The notes under the pieces: generated by a model
Databases searched by the model: none
What the model was told of the DNA's origin: nothing
Seen by the model: the letters and a program-made list of their open reading frames with translations, nothing else
Assembly (NCBI GenBank): GCA_040216735.1
Contig: JAVJOO010000004.1
Coordinates: 19,019 to 83,018 of the forward strand
Length of the DNA stretch: 64,000 bases
Source: Alphaproteobacteria bacterium
GTDB taxonomy: Bacteria; Pseudomonadota; Alphaproteobacteria; SHVP01
Direction of reading: 5' to 3'
Shown here: positions 1 to 8,606 of the stretch, piece by piece
Numbering within the stretch: position 1 is the stretch's first letter
How the letters are laid out: every line of letters starts with the position of its first letter
Made by a program: the position numbers and the translations under genes

Positions 1-854
1 TGTCGGGCTGCCCCTACAAGAAGATCTACTACAACTGGAACACGGGTAAGTCCGAGAAATGCACGTTCTGCTACCCGCGGATCGAGGCCGGGCAGCCGAC
101 CGTCTGTTCGGAAACCTGCGTCGGTCGCATTCGTTATCTTGGCGTCATCCTTTACGACGCGGATCGGATCGAAGAGGCCGCTTCGTCCGCCGATGAAAAG
201 GACCTCTACGAGTCGCAACTTTCGGTCTTCTTGGATCCCAACGATCCGGGTGTGATCGCCCAGGCGAAGCGCGACGGCGTGCCCGATGCATGGCTTGAGG
301 CGGCAAAGCATTCGCCCGTTTACAAGATGGCGATTGATTGGCGCGTCGCGTTTCCGCTCCATCCCGAATACCGGACGTTGCCGATGGTGTGGTACGTCCC
401 ACCGTTGTCGCCGATCCAATCGGCTGCCGAGTCCGGCAACATGGGCTTGGACGGCGAAATCCCGGACGTTCGCAGCCTCCGTATCCCGGTTCGCTATCTG
501 TCCAACATGCTGACGGCGGGCGACGATGCGCCGGTCGTTCAAGGGCTGGAACGGATGTTGGCGATGCGCGCCTTCATGCGGGGGCGCACCGTCGACAAGG
601 AAGATCGTCCGCAAATCGCCGAACGTGTCGGCCTGAATGTGGCGCAGATCGAAGAAATGTACCGTTACATGGCCATCGCCAACTACGAAGACCGCTTTGT
701 CATCCCGACGAGCCACAGGGAAACCGGCGAAGATGCCTTCGACCTGCGCGGTTCGTGCGGTTTTTCCTTCGGCAACGGCTGCTCGGAGGGCAACTCCGCC
801 CCCAACTTGTTTGGCAGCAAGCGCCAAACAAAAATCCCGGAGGCCACGTCATGA
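1..854 (+). CDS. narH: respiratory nitrate reductase beta subunit NarH, 3' portion (5' end outside window)
   Basis: Frame 3 is open from nt 3: SGCPYKKIYYNWNTGKSEKCTFCYPRIEAGQPTVCSETCVGRIRYLGV (ferredoxin-type Cys clusters). It runs into the 231..854 ORF (PMVWYVPPLSPI, RIPVRYLSNML). narJ and narI follow, and the TGA overlaps the narJ ATG (ATGA at 851-854). Confidence 0.9.
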   Translation, partial: SGCPYKKIYYNWNTGKSEKCTFCYPRIEAGQPTVCSETCVGRIRYLGVILYDADRIEEAASSADEKDLYESQLSVFLDPNDPGVIAQAKRDGVPDAWLEAAKHSPVYKMAIDWRVAFPLHPEYRTLPMVWYVPPLSPIQSAAESGNMGLDGEIPDVRSLRIPVRYLSNMLTAGDDAPVVQGLERMLAMRAFMRGRTVDKEDRPQIAERVGLNVAQIEEMYRYMAIANYEDRFVIPTSHRETGEDAFDLRGSCGFSFGNGCSEGNSAPNLFGSKRQTKIPEATS

Positions 855-1576
855 CGAAAACCTTCAAGGTATTGTCGATCCTGCTGTCCTATCCGGCGCA
901 AGAGTGGTTGAGCGCGATCCCCGACTTCGAGGGCGTCCTGCGCGCGGAGGGTGTTTTGCCGCCGGAGGCGTTGGCGGAAGTGGCGGCATTCTTAGAAGAT
1001 CTTCGGACTGTCGATCCGATCGAGGCCCAATCCCGCTACGTCCGCCTTTTCGACCAAACGCGGGCGCTTTCGCTGCACCTGTTCGAGCATGTCCATGGGG
1101 ACAGCCGCGAGCGGGGTCAGGCGATGGTCGACCTCCTCAAGATGTATGAGGACAAAGGCCTCTACATCGGCACGAAGGAACTCCCGGACCACGTACCCTT
1201 ATTTCTGGAGTTCCTGTCCGAAATGCCGCTGGCCGAAGCCCGCGAGACGCTGGCGCAACCGATCCACATCTTTGCTGCCCTTGCCGAACGCCTGCGGCGG
1301 CGAGACAGCGGTTATGCCGCGGTCATGGCGGCAATCGTTGCCGCAGCGCAGGCTACCGTCGACCCCGACGAGGTTGCGCCGCTCCTATCCATGCCGGAGG
1401 ACGATCCGGACGATCTCGAAGCGCTCGACGAAATCTGGGAAGAGGAAGCGGTCACGTTCGGCGGCGGTGCCGGCGACGACAGTTGCGGACCCGACCGTCT
1501 CCAACGGCAAGTGCGTGCAGCCAATCGCGTGGCGCCGACCGTTGAGACCAACAAACCCGAGGTGCGTCATGGCTGA
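851..1576 (+). CDS. narJ: nitrate reductase molybdenum cofactor assembly chaperone NarJ
   Basis: Internal ATG at 851 of ORF 338..1576 (the upstream part is an out-of-frame overlap of narH). MTKTFKVLSILLSYPAQEW...YVRLFDQTRALSLHLFEHVHGDSRERGQAM is NarJ/TorD-like. The gene sits between narH and narI. Confidence 0.85.
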   Translation: MTKTFKVLSILLSYPAQEWLSAIPDFEGVLRAEGVLPPEALAEVAAFLEDLRTVDPIEAQSRYVRLFDQTRALSLHLFEHVHGDSRERGQAMVDLLKMYEDKGLYIGTKELPDHVPLFLEFLSEMPLAEARETLAQPIHIFAALAERLRRRDSGYAAVMAAIVAAAQATVDPDEVAPLLSMPEDDPDDLEALDEIWEEEAVTFGGGAGDDSCGPDRLQRQVRAANRVAPTVETNKPEVRHG

Positions 1577-2288
1577 GTACGTCAATTTCGTTCTGTTCGG
1601 CGTCTACCCTTACATTGCCCTCGCGGTGCTCGCGGTGGGCTCGATCATCCGTTATGACCGCGAGCCCTTTACATGGCGTTCCGGGTCCAGCCAACTCCTT
1701 CGGCGGCGTCAACTGGTGTGGGGGTCGGTGCTTTTCCATGTCGGCGTTTTGGCAATTTTCGCCGGTCATTTAGTCGGCCTCCTCACACCAATATGGATCT
1801 TCGATGCGATGGGGATTTCGCACGGTGCCAAGCAATTGCTTGCCATCGGCCTGGGCGGGGGCGCTGGTTTGATGGCGCTCGTCGGGGGTGGATTGCTTCT
1901 GCATCGCCGCCTGTTCGATGCCCGGATTCGGCGTACTTCCAGTCCGACCGATATCCTCATCCTGTTGATGCTCTATGCCCAACTGGTTCTTGGCCTCATT
2001 TCTATCCGGGCGTCGCTGAATCACTTGGACGGCGGCGAGATGCTCAAATTTATGGGTTGGGCGCAGGGCATCTTTACGCTGCGGCCCGGTGCGGCGGCGT
2101 TGGTGGCCGATACCGATCCGATCTTCAAAGCGCATATCGTTCTCGGTCTAACGATCTTCGTCCTGTTTCCGTTCACCCGTTTGGTCCACATGTTGAGCGT
2201 TCCGCTCCGCTACCTCTGGCGGCCGGGCTATCAGGTGGTGCGGGCCCGCCAACGTTCTCGAAGCGCCCGGATGGGCGGCGGTGCCTAG
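1569..2288 (+). CDS. narI: respiratory nitrate reductase gamma subunit NarI (dihaem b membrane subunit)
   Basis: ATG 1569 within ORF 1089..2288: MAEYVNFVLFGVYPYIALAVLAVGSIIRYDREPFTW. It has multiple TM segments and conserved His positions (LFHVGVL, RLVHMLSVP). It overlaps the narJ end by 8 nt. Confidence 0.9.
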   Translation: MAEYVNFVLFGVYPYIALAVLAVGSIIRYDREPFTWRSGSSQLLRRRQLVWGSVLFHVGVLAIFAGHLVGLLTPIWIFDAMGISHGAKQLLAIGLGGGAGLMALVGGGLLLHRRLFDARIRRTSSPTDILILLMLYAQLVLGLISIRASLNHLDGGEMLKFMGWAQGIFTLRPGAAALVADTDPIFKAHIVLGLTIFVLFPFTRLVHMLSVPLRYLWRPGYQVVRARQRSRSARMGGGA

Positions 2289-2440
2289 GGGCGCATTGAA
2301 CGTGTTGAATAGGTGGCAAGGCAAAAGGTCTTGCCGGGCGCCGCTTATCGCGTGCGGGGGCGAACCGAACCGGGCGGCCGAAGGTCACACGCATCGGAAT
2401 GCTCGCCAGGTGGACGGAATTGAAGAAGGCGGCGATGCGG

Positions 2441-2454
2441 TTGGGCCAGATCAA
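2441..2454. promoter_or_regulatory. degenerate FNR/NnrR-type half-palindrome upstream of the hemerythrin gene (weak)
   Basis: TTGGGCCAGATCAA: the right half ATCAA is perfect and the left half matches 3 of 5. It lies ~50 nt upstream of ATG 2506. This is a by-eye match to TTGAT-N4-ATCAA only. Confidence 0.2.
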
Positions 2455-2505
2455 CTCGCCGGTTAGGCCGCCCGCGTAACGTGGTTCCAGTAGAGGAGAG
2501 AAAAG

Positions 2506-3090
2506 ATGACCCTAGCAATCGCATCGATTCAGAAGGACCACCAACGCTTCAACGCATTGCTGACATGTTTTGAAGCAATCCTTGTGAGCCCAAACGAAGG
2601 CCCTCCACCGGTCAGGAAAGAGTTGCTCCACGCCATCCTCGATTACATCGGATCGTTCATGGACGTCTTCCATCACCCAAAGGAAGATGAGTATCTGTTC
2701 CGCGTCATGCGGCGGCGTCTGCCGGAAATGGAAACCGTGCTGAACGATCTGCGCGAAGAACACTACCAAGGGCGGCGCCGGCTCGACGACGTAAAGCAGG
2801 CATTGGAGGTTTTCGAACGGGACGGAGCGTCCGCCCTAGGCGACCTTCAGAAAGCGGTTGCGGAATATGCGGCGTTCGAACGTCAGCATATCAGCAAGGA
2901 GGAGCGTTTGATCTTGCCGGCCGCGCGCACGAACCTTTCCCACGAAGACTGGGTCGAGATCAACGCGGCGTTCAGCGAGAACGAAGACCCGCTGTTCAGC
3001 GAGAAGCGGCAGCGACGGTTCGAGTTGCTGTTCAACACGATCGAACACATCGCACCGCCACCCTTCGGTCGCGGCGAAGCCTATGCGTAA
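2506..3090 (+). CDS. hemerythrin (HHE cation-binding) domain protein
   Basis: 194-aa ORF with a strong SD (GAGGAGAG) before the ATG. His/Glu motifs are spaced as in hemerythrin-like di-iron domains (DVFHHPKEDEYLF, EEHYQGR, FERQHISKEE). It lies downstream of nar genes. Confidence 0.8.
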   Translation: MTLAIASIQKDHQRFNALLTCFEAILVSPNEGPPPVRKELLHAILDYIGSFMDVFHHPKEDEYLFRVMRRRLPEMETVLNDLREEHYQGRRRLDDVKQALEVFERDGASALGDLQKAVAEYAAFERQHISKEERLILPAARTNLSHEDWVEINAAFSENEDPLFSEKRQRRFELLFNTIEHIAPPPFGRGEAYA

Positions 3091-3094
3091 CTAA

Positions 3095-3127
3095 GTGTGT
3101 CCTGCGCCGGCATGGTGCAGGACACAC
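3095..3127. terminator. bidirectional hairpin between convergent hemerythrin and usp genes
   Basis: Perfect 11-bp stem GTGTGTCCTGC (3095-3105) / GCAGGACACAC (3117-3127) with an 11-nt loop. There is no clear U-tract. Confidence 0.5.
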
Positions 3128-3161
3128 CGGATCGCTCCACGATTAACGCGCGCGACTATGT

Positions 3162-4196
3162 CTAGCGATCGTCAACGTGCAAGGGGCTCACGTAGTCCGG
3201 CGGCTTCACGGTCGCCACCGAGCAATCGACGCTGTTGAGGATGTCCTCGGCCGTATTGCCGATAATGAATCCAGGTACGCCAGAACGGGCGATGGTACCC
3301 ATGACCAGAGTGTCCGCCTTAAGTGTATCTACGTGTGCGGGGATGATGTCTCTGGCTTCGCCGCGTTCCAGAAGCGGGACAAATTTTACGCGCTTCGAGA
3401 TGTCTGGTCCTGCCCAAGTACGGGCGTGTTCAACAAGCCGGTCAAGTGCGCGCCAATGCGCCGATTGGACTTCGTCGACATAGGCTGTGGCTGCCTTATG
3501 CGCACCGGCCGCACCGGACCATGTGCGGATGAGGCCTTCGCCGGGCGCATCCCAAGCATGTAGCACACAGACACGAGATTCGTCGTCTCCGCTGGCTGCA
3601 ATCCGTGTCGCTGTTTCCAAAATCCGCCGGTTCAAACCAGTGAGCGTTTCTGGTTCCGCAGCTGCTGCGACGTCGACATCGACGGCTGCCAAGATCGTCC
3701 TGACCGAATCTAGGCCGCCGCGACGCCGTAACCAGACCGGGCAAGGGCATTTGCGCAACAGGTGCTGGTCGGTGCTTGCAAACAGATGCCGATGAAGGCC
3801 GTGCAGTTCCTCCGCAGACTTTATGACTATATCGATGTCGTGATCGAGAACGTACCGAACGATTTCGATGAAGGGTTTGCCGATTCGAACGTCGATCGTG
3901 GGTCGAATTTCCGGCCCCGTACGACCGAGGGTTGCGAGGGTCTCGGTCCGGTGGTCGTTCATTATTCGGCTCAAAATTTCCTCACGCGAGGCGCCGGTAG
4001 CTCGAGAAATCCGATTGATGTCCGGCAGTGGCTCGATCACCGCGAGTACCGAAACACTAGCACCCCATGTCTTGGCGAGTGCCGTTGCGGCGGTGAACGT
4101 CTCTTCGTTGTCTTTGTCCGGGACGCACACGACGAGCAACTTTCGATAAGGACGAAACTCGGCTAGTCCCTCGTCCGCCTGCGTCGCGTCATTCAT
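3162..4196 (-). CDS. universal stress protein, tandem Usp domains
   Basis: 344 aa with two Usp-like halves. The C-terminal ATP-binding-type motif is LVMGTIARSGVPGFIIGNTAEDILNSVDCSVATVKP. The ATG overlaps the stop of the upstream antiporter gene (ATGA at 4193-4196). Confidence 0.85.
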   Translation of the reverse strand: MNDATQADEGLAEFRPYRKLLVVCVPDKDNEETFTAATALAKTWGASVSVLAVIEPLPDINRISRATGASREEILSRIMNDHRTETLATLGRTGPEIRPTIDVRIGKPFIEIVRYVLDHDIDIVIKSAEELHGLHRHLFASTDQHLLRKCPCPVWLRRRGGLDSVRTILAAVDVDVAAAAEPETLTGLNRRILETATRIAASGDDESRVCVLHAWDAPGEGLIRTWSGAAGAHKAATAYVDEVQSAHWRALDRLVEHARTWAGPDISKRVKFVPLLERGEARDIIPAHVDTLKADTLVMGTIARSGVPGFIIGNTAEDILNSVDCSVATVKPPDYVSPLHVDDR

Positions 4197-5911
4197 ATGG
4201 TGAACTCCTTCTGCCCCTCCGGGTCGATCGTCTTCACTTCCGACGGTGGCGCGTCTTTCGTGATTAGGGCGGCGGCGTGCGCGGCAGCGTCGCGAAACGG
4301 CAAAAGTACGAGGTCAGCGCCAACGGTGCGGAGTGCCTGTGACGTGTCTTCTTCATGCGCCGCCACGGCGATCCGCGCTGGGAGCTTTAAATCCCTCAGC
4401 GAACGGATCAACGAGCGGCGCGGGTCGTCATGAGATACTCCTGTGTCATGCTCGGGCACTGCCGATACGATCCATGTCGCGCCTTTGAGTGGCAAGTGGG
4501 CTAGAAACTCTGGATCCGTCGCATCGCCGAACACCACGTCGAAGCCGTGCGCCCGCGCAAAACGTACGGCAACGGGGCTGAAGTCGACGCCGAGAACCCG
4601 CCGGCCCGCTACCTGGAGTTCCTGAGCAATTCCGAGCCCATAGCGGCCCAGGCCGAATATGACGATGTCGTGGGCGCTGTCGGTGGTCGGCACAACGTCT
4701 TCCATACGACCGGCCGACCGCGATTCGAATAGACCGAGCAGCGGCCCGACCTTGCCGTAGAGCTGGTGGGAATAGGTGATCATATAGGTTGAGGCAGCGA
4801 TCGTGATGAGCCCCACGAGGGTGACGAGGCCCAGGTCTTCCGCCGAAACATGCCCGATCGAAACGCCCATCGCCATGAATATTAGGGAGAACTCGCTGAT
4901 CTGCGCCACCGTCAGGCCGGCGAGGAACCCCGTTCGCTTGCGATAGCCCATGGCGCCCATGATCGCCAAAACGATAAGCGGGTTTCCGATCAGAACGAAA
5001 AGCGAAAAGACGATGGCGGCAACGACGCTTGCGCCCAGGATCGACAAGTCGAGCGAAGCACCTAGCGCGATGAAGAAAAACAACAAGAAGAAATCGCGCA
5101 GGGAGGCGAGCCGCGCGGCGATCGCCTCGCGGAATGGGGTGGAGGCCAGGGAGACGCCGGCGAGCAGTCCCCCCAATTCTTTGCCAAAGCCGAGATAGTG
5201 CCCGAGCGCCGCGAGTAGAACCGCCCAGCCTATGGCGAAGGAGATCAAGAGTTCGGGTGCATTGGACAACCGTTCGACCAGCGGGTTTGCCAGGAACCGG
5301 ACGAACAGGCCCACGCCCATGAGCATCGCGCCGCTAAAGCCGAACACGAGAAGAATGTCCGCCACAGGGTTGTCGCCTGCGGTGCCGACCCCGATTGCAG
5401 ACAGGACGATCATGGCGAGTACGACAACAAGATCTTGGACGATGAGGAACCCAAGCGCGATCCGCCCATGCAGCGAGTCGATCTCACGCTTGTCGGACAG
5501 AAGCTTCACAATGATAATTGTCGATGAAAACGTAAGGGCGATCGCCACGTAGAGGCTTGTCACGGTGCCGAGGCCTAGTGCGAGACCGATCAGAAACCCA
5601 AACATTGTCGTAAAGGCGACTTGCCCGAGTCCCGTCATCAGCGCGACTGGGCCCAATGTACGGACCAGTTTCAAGTCGAGTTTCAACCCGACAAGAAAAA
5701 GAAGGACGGCGATGCCAAGTTCCGCCAGTAGGTCGATGTGCTCGTCAGAGCGCGCGATGTCGAGGGCCGATGGGCCGGCGAGAATGCCGACGGCGATAAA
5801 GCTCACAATCAGAGGCTGACGCAGCAACAATCCGACAAAACCGACGGCGACAGCAAGCACGAGGAGCGCTGCGATCTCGTAGAAGATATAGGCGCCGATC
5901 GCCTCCGTCAT
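4193..5911 (-). CDS. Kef-type cation:proton antiporter (CPA2) with C-terminal TrkA-N/KTN domain
   Basis: ORF 4193..5956 (GTG). I prefer ATG 5911 (MTEAIGAYIFYEIAALLVLAVAVG...). It has a polytopic N-terminal exchanger domain, then a Rossmann GxGxxG (IVIFGLGRYGLGIAQEL). Confidence 0.85.
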   Translation of the reverse strand: MTEAIGAYIFYEIAALLVLAVAVGFVGLLLRQPLIVSFIAVGILAGPSALDIARSDEHIDLLAELGIAVLLFLVGLKLDLKLVRTLGPVALMTGLGQVAFTTMFGFLIGLALGLGTVTSLYVAIALTFSSTIIIVKLLSDKREIDSLHGRIALGFLIVQDLVVVLAMIVLSAIGVGTAGDNPVADILLVFGFSGAMLMGVGLFVRFLANPLVERLSNAPELLISFAIGWAVLLAALGHYLGFGKELGGLLAGVSLASTPFREAIAARLASLRDFFLLFFFIALGASLDLSILGASVVAAIVFSLFVLIGNPLIVLAIMGAMGYRKRTGFLAGLTVAQISEFSLIFMAMGVSIGHVSAEDLGLVTLVGLITIAASTYMITYSHQLYGKVGPLLGLFESRSAGRMEDVVPTTDSAHDIVIFGLGRYGLGIAQELQVAGRRVLGVDFSPVAVRFARAHGFDVVFGDATDPEFLAHLPLKGATWIVSAVPEHDTGVSHDDPRRSLIRSLRDLKLPARIAVAAHEEDTSQALRTVGADLVLLPFRDAAAHAAALITKDAPPSEVKTIDPEGQKEFTI

Positions 5912-6134
5912 AATACGATTGCCCGGTCGTGCCTGGTTCTCGCTTTGCAATCGCACCGGCTACAGCGAAGCGCCCAAAGGCGCGCTCGTCTCGCGGGTTC
6001 CAAGGCCGAAAAATACGCAACCCGGATCGTGCGTGGCGGCTGATCGCTTTTTGTCTTTGCTGTCGGTTGTGGCATTCCGTGTTCAAACTATGGGCGTTGC
6101 GATAGGGGAGCGGTCACATTTCTATCGACGCAGA

Positions 6135-6320
6135 TCAACTCGGTGCTCGGGTCGCGCGTTCGTTCACGAAGGTCTCCAGGTCTTTGACGGCGACCCGGAA
6201 TTCTCGGCCCAATTTTACTGCGCGCAATTCCTGGCCATGGATCCAGGACCTAACGGTTGGCTCGCGGACCTTAAGGAGCTCGGCGATTTCGTTTGTCGTC
6301 ATGAACGGTTTGCTGAGCAC
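6135..6320 (-). CDS. small excisionase-family / MerR-N-type helix-turn-helix DNA-binding protein (orphan)
   Basis: 61 aa (GTG 6320; alternative ATG 6302). TTNEIAELLKVREPTVRSWIHGQELRAVKLGREFRVAVKDLETFV is the typical Xis/AlpA/BldC-like winged HTH. No integrase is nearby. Confidence 0.7.
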   Translation of the reverse strand: MLSKPFMTTNEIAELLKVREPTVRSWIHGQELRAVKLGREFRVAVKDLETFVNERATRAPS

Positions 6321-6360
6321 AGCGGAGTCCTTTCAGGGAATATTACCCGATTCCTGCCCC

Positions 6361-6420
6361 TTCCAAAACACTTCAAAATATCTCAAAGTGCTTATAAGTT
6401 CCTCAAAGTATTTTAAGTTA
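6361..6420. repeat. AT-rich array of helically phased decamers (putative operator / bent DNA)
   Basis: TTCCAAAACA CTTCAAAATA TCTCAAAGTG CTTATAAGTT CCTCAAAGTA TTTTAAGTTA. The octamer CTCAAAGT occurs exactly at 6382 and 6402. 16 of 60 bases are G/C. It lies immediately upstream of the HTH gene. Confidence 0.6.
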
Positions 6421-6571
6421 CCTGAACGGGCGCTATTTCGGTTTGACGGGCGAACTAAGAGCGTTGATCGGACGTCGCGCCGTCAACTAGTGGGCCGCCA
6501 AAGCGCCGGAAAAGAAACGGTTACGATAACTGCGGGTCCCTCCGTTTTGGGAGCGACTATCGCGGGCGACC

Positions 6572-7726
6572 TTAGAGACTGGGCAGGACCGCGTTCAGTG
6601 CGACCAGGCTCGCGGCGCCTAGCCGCTTGGCGCGTTCCGGCGAGTAACCCTTCTCCGCGTCCAGGGCGTGTTCGCAATCTTTGAAGGGTTGCTCCACCAA
6701 GATGCTGAGGCATTTGAAGGTTTCGCCGATATAGTTCCACGCCATTTGCAGGTTCGCCGTCTCGGGCCGCTTGCCCGGATAGGCGTAACCCGTTTTGTAG
6801 TCGGGGTTGGCCTGTTGTAGTGCCGCTTCGAAGGCGTAGAAATTCTCCCGCATCGCCGGCGTGAGCGCGGGCACCTCGAGCGGTCCGCCAAGGAAGACGT
6901 AGGGCAACTCTTCGTCGCCGTGCACGTCCATATAGAAGTCGACCCCGGTCCGGTGCATCAGGTTGCGGACGTGGAACACTTCGGGGCTCCGCGTCGCCGA
7001 CGGGTCCACCCATTCGCGGTTGAGGTCCACGTTGCCGCCGTTGCGCCGGGTCTTGCCCTGCCGGGCGCCGTCCGGGTTCATGCACGGAACGATGTAGAAG
7101 ACGCAGTCCCTCAGAAGCTTGCGGCTTAGAAAGTCGTCCGGATCGATCAGACGTTCGATCAAGCCTTCGGCGAACCAAGCGGCCATGGTTTCGGAGGGGT
7201 GCTGGCGGGCGGTGATCCAGCAGATCTTCTTCCCTTGGCCGCCGGCCCCGATCTGCAACAGATCGATCGCATTGCCATCCGGTGAACTGCCTAACATCGC
7301 CGCCGTCACGTGGGGTGCCGTGGCGGCCTTGGCAATTAGGCCGCAGTGCCGCTCAAAACTGTAAGGGGCAAAGCTGGCGAGATAGAACGTGTCGCTGTCG
7401 GGCGTCACGGTGATGACGAGGGCCCCGTCTTCGAACGCCGTCGGTACACGGCACCAAGTCGCGCGATCGTCCGAGCCGCACGCGCGGTAGTCCTGATAGG
7501 GGCCGGGGATGTCGGTTGCTTTGCGTTCGGCGAGGCGGAAGGCGCCGCCCGCGTTCTCGATCACCAACCGGCAGGTTTGGCCGCGCGCGCCGGAGATGCG
7601 AAAGAAAAACCAATAGCTTTCTTCGGCGTTCTCGTCGGTCTTGAGATTCAATCGTACGTTCCCGGCATCGCTGGCGTCGCGCACGGCGATACTGCCGCCT
7701 TCGAAATTGCTGTCGATCGCGATCAT
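6572..7726 (-). CDS. M14-family zinc carboxypeptidase, cytosolic-carboxypeptidase-like with N-terminal beta-sandwich domain
   Basis: Internal ATG 7726 of ORF 6572..8458 (1155 nt, in frame): MIAIDSNFEGGSIAVRD... The zinc motif HxxE is present (ARQHPSETMAAW), then NPDGARQG, NREW, DVHGDEE. The upstream 244 codons of the ORF are Arg/Pro-rich and overlap the next gene. Confidence 0.85.
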   Translation of the reverse strand: MIAIDSNFEGGSIAVRDASDAGNVRLNLKTDENAEESYWFFFRISGARGQTCRLVIENAGGAFRLAERKATDIPGPYQDYRACGSDDRATWCRVPTAFEDGALVITVTPDSDTFYLASFAPYSFERHCGLIAKAATAPHVTAAMLGSSPDGNAIDLLQIGAGGQGKKICWITARQHPSETMAAWFAEGLIERLIDPDDFLSRKLLRDCVFYIVPCMNPDGARQGKTRRNGGNVDLNREWVDPSATRSPEVFHVRNLMHRTGVDFYMDVHGDEELPYVFLGGPLEVPALTPAMRENFYAFEAALQQANPDYKTGYAYPGKRPETANLQMAWNYIGETFKCLSILVEQPFKDCEHALDAEKGYSPERAKRLGAASLVALNAVLPSL

Positions 7727-7740
7727 CGGGGCTCCGTGCT

Positions 7741-8577
7741 TCAGGGATACTGGCGCAGCAGGTCGGCCACGGCTCGGTACCACACGCTCGTTGTATCGCC
7801 ATGGCAGAGGTTGGCAGTGTAGTGGTCCAGCCCGGCCAATTCGTCGACCCGCAGCGCGATCCCGGTGCGGCCAAGGGCGGCGATGAAATCGCAATTCTCC
7901 TCGACAATGCGGGCGTAGTCTTTTTCGCCGTAGGAAACGTAGAACGGCATGTCCGCTTGGGCGGCCCAATGCATCGGACTGGCCTCGTCGTGGTCCTTGG
8001 CGGCGGTCGGGTCGGTGTCTAAGACGCGAAAAAGACCGCTCACGGGGATGCACGCCTTGATGGCACCGGGGGGAACGCCGTGCGCGGTCCGCAAATCCGG
8101 GCGCAAGGCGATTGTCGCGGCAATGTGGCCGCCGACCGAATGGCCGCCGATATAGACCCGGTCGGGGTCGGCGCCGTAGGTCGCCGCTTGATTGCGCACA
8201 AACGCGAGCGCGCGCAGGCAATCCTCGATCGGTGTCGGGTGGGTATGGTCGGGGGCGAGGCCGTAGTTGGGGCTGACAAAGATCGCCGGCAGCGCCGCGA
8301 TCGCGGGTGCCATGAACGACATCCAGCCTTTGTTCCCGTGGGTCCAACCGCCGCCGTGTATGTAGATAAAGAGGGGAAGGGCGCTGCCTTGGCTGTCTGG
8401 CGGGGCGAATACGTCGAGCAGCTGGTGAGCCGCCCCGCCATAAGACACATCGCGCCATACCTTTTGTTTCGACCGCTCTGCTGCGGCGGCGCGGCGGGCG
8501 GTTTCAGCAACGTAGCGAGCCGCCTCGGGTGGCATCGCCGGGTCTGCGCTTGGATCTTTCGCGGTGCCATCGTTCAA
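7741..8577 (-). CDS. alpha/beta hydrolase (esterase / arylformamidase-like, fold-3)
   Basis: 278 aa with oxyanion motif IYIHGGGW and nucleophile elbow GGHSVGG. TTG 8577 is preceded by a GGGAAG SD; an alternative ATG is at 8535. Confidence 0.8.
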   Translation of the reverse strand: MNDGTAKDPSADPAMPPEAARYVAETARRAAAAERSKQKVWRDVSYGGAAHQLLDVFAPPDSQGSALPLFIYIHGGGWTHGNKGWMSFMAPAIAALPAIFVSPNYGLAPDHTHPTPIEDCLRALAFVRNQAATYGADPDRVYIGGHSVGGHIAATIALRPDLRTAHGVPPGAIKACIPVSGLFRVLDTDPTAAKDHDEASPMHWAAQADMPFYVSYGEKDYARIVEENCDFIAALGRTGIALRVDELAGLDHYTANLCHGDTTSVWYRAVADLLRQYP

Positions 8578-8606
8578 GAGTTTTCTTCCCTAGTGCCAAA
8601 TACTTA

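Noticed and set aside
338-850. The upstream part of the 412-aa ORF that contains narJ.
   Set aside because: It is an out-of-frame overlap of narH. NarJ similarity starts at ATG 851, which overlaps the narH stop.
2296-2309. TTGAACGTGTTGAA just after narI as an FNR/NnrR box.
   Set aside because: It is a direct repeat of TTGAA rather than the inverted TTGAT-N4-ATCAA type, and it lies ~200 nt from the next start codon.
6135-6320. The excisionase-type gene as evidence for a prophage, ICE or genomic island.
   Set aside because: No integrase, recombinase, phage, conjugation or transposase gene is visible anywhere in the window, and I found no flanking direct repeats.
7727-8458. N-terminal 244-codon extension of the 628-aa ORF 6572..8458.
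   Set aside because: The extension is Arg/Pro-rich and overlaps the well-supported esterase gene in another frame. The carboxypeptidase homology begins at the internal Met (7726).
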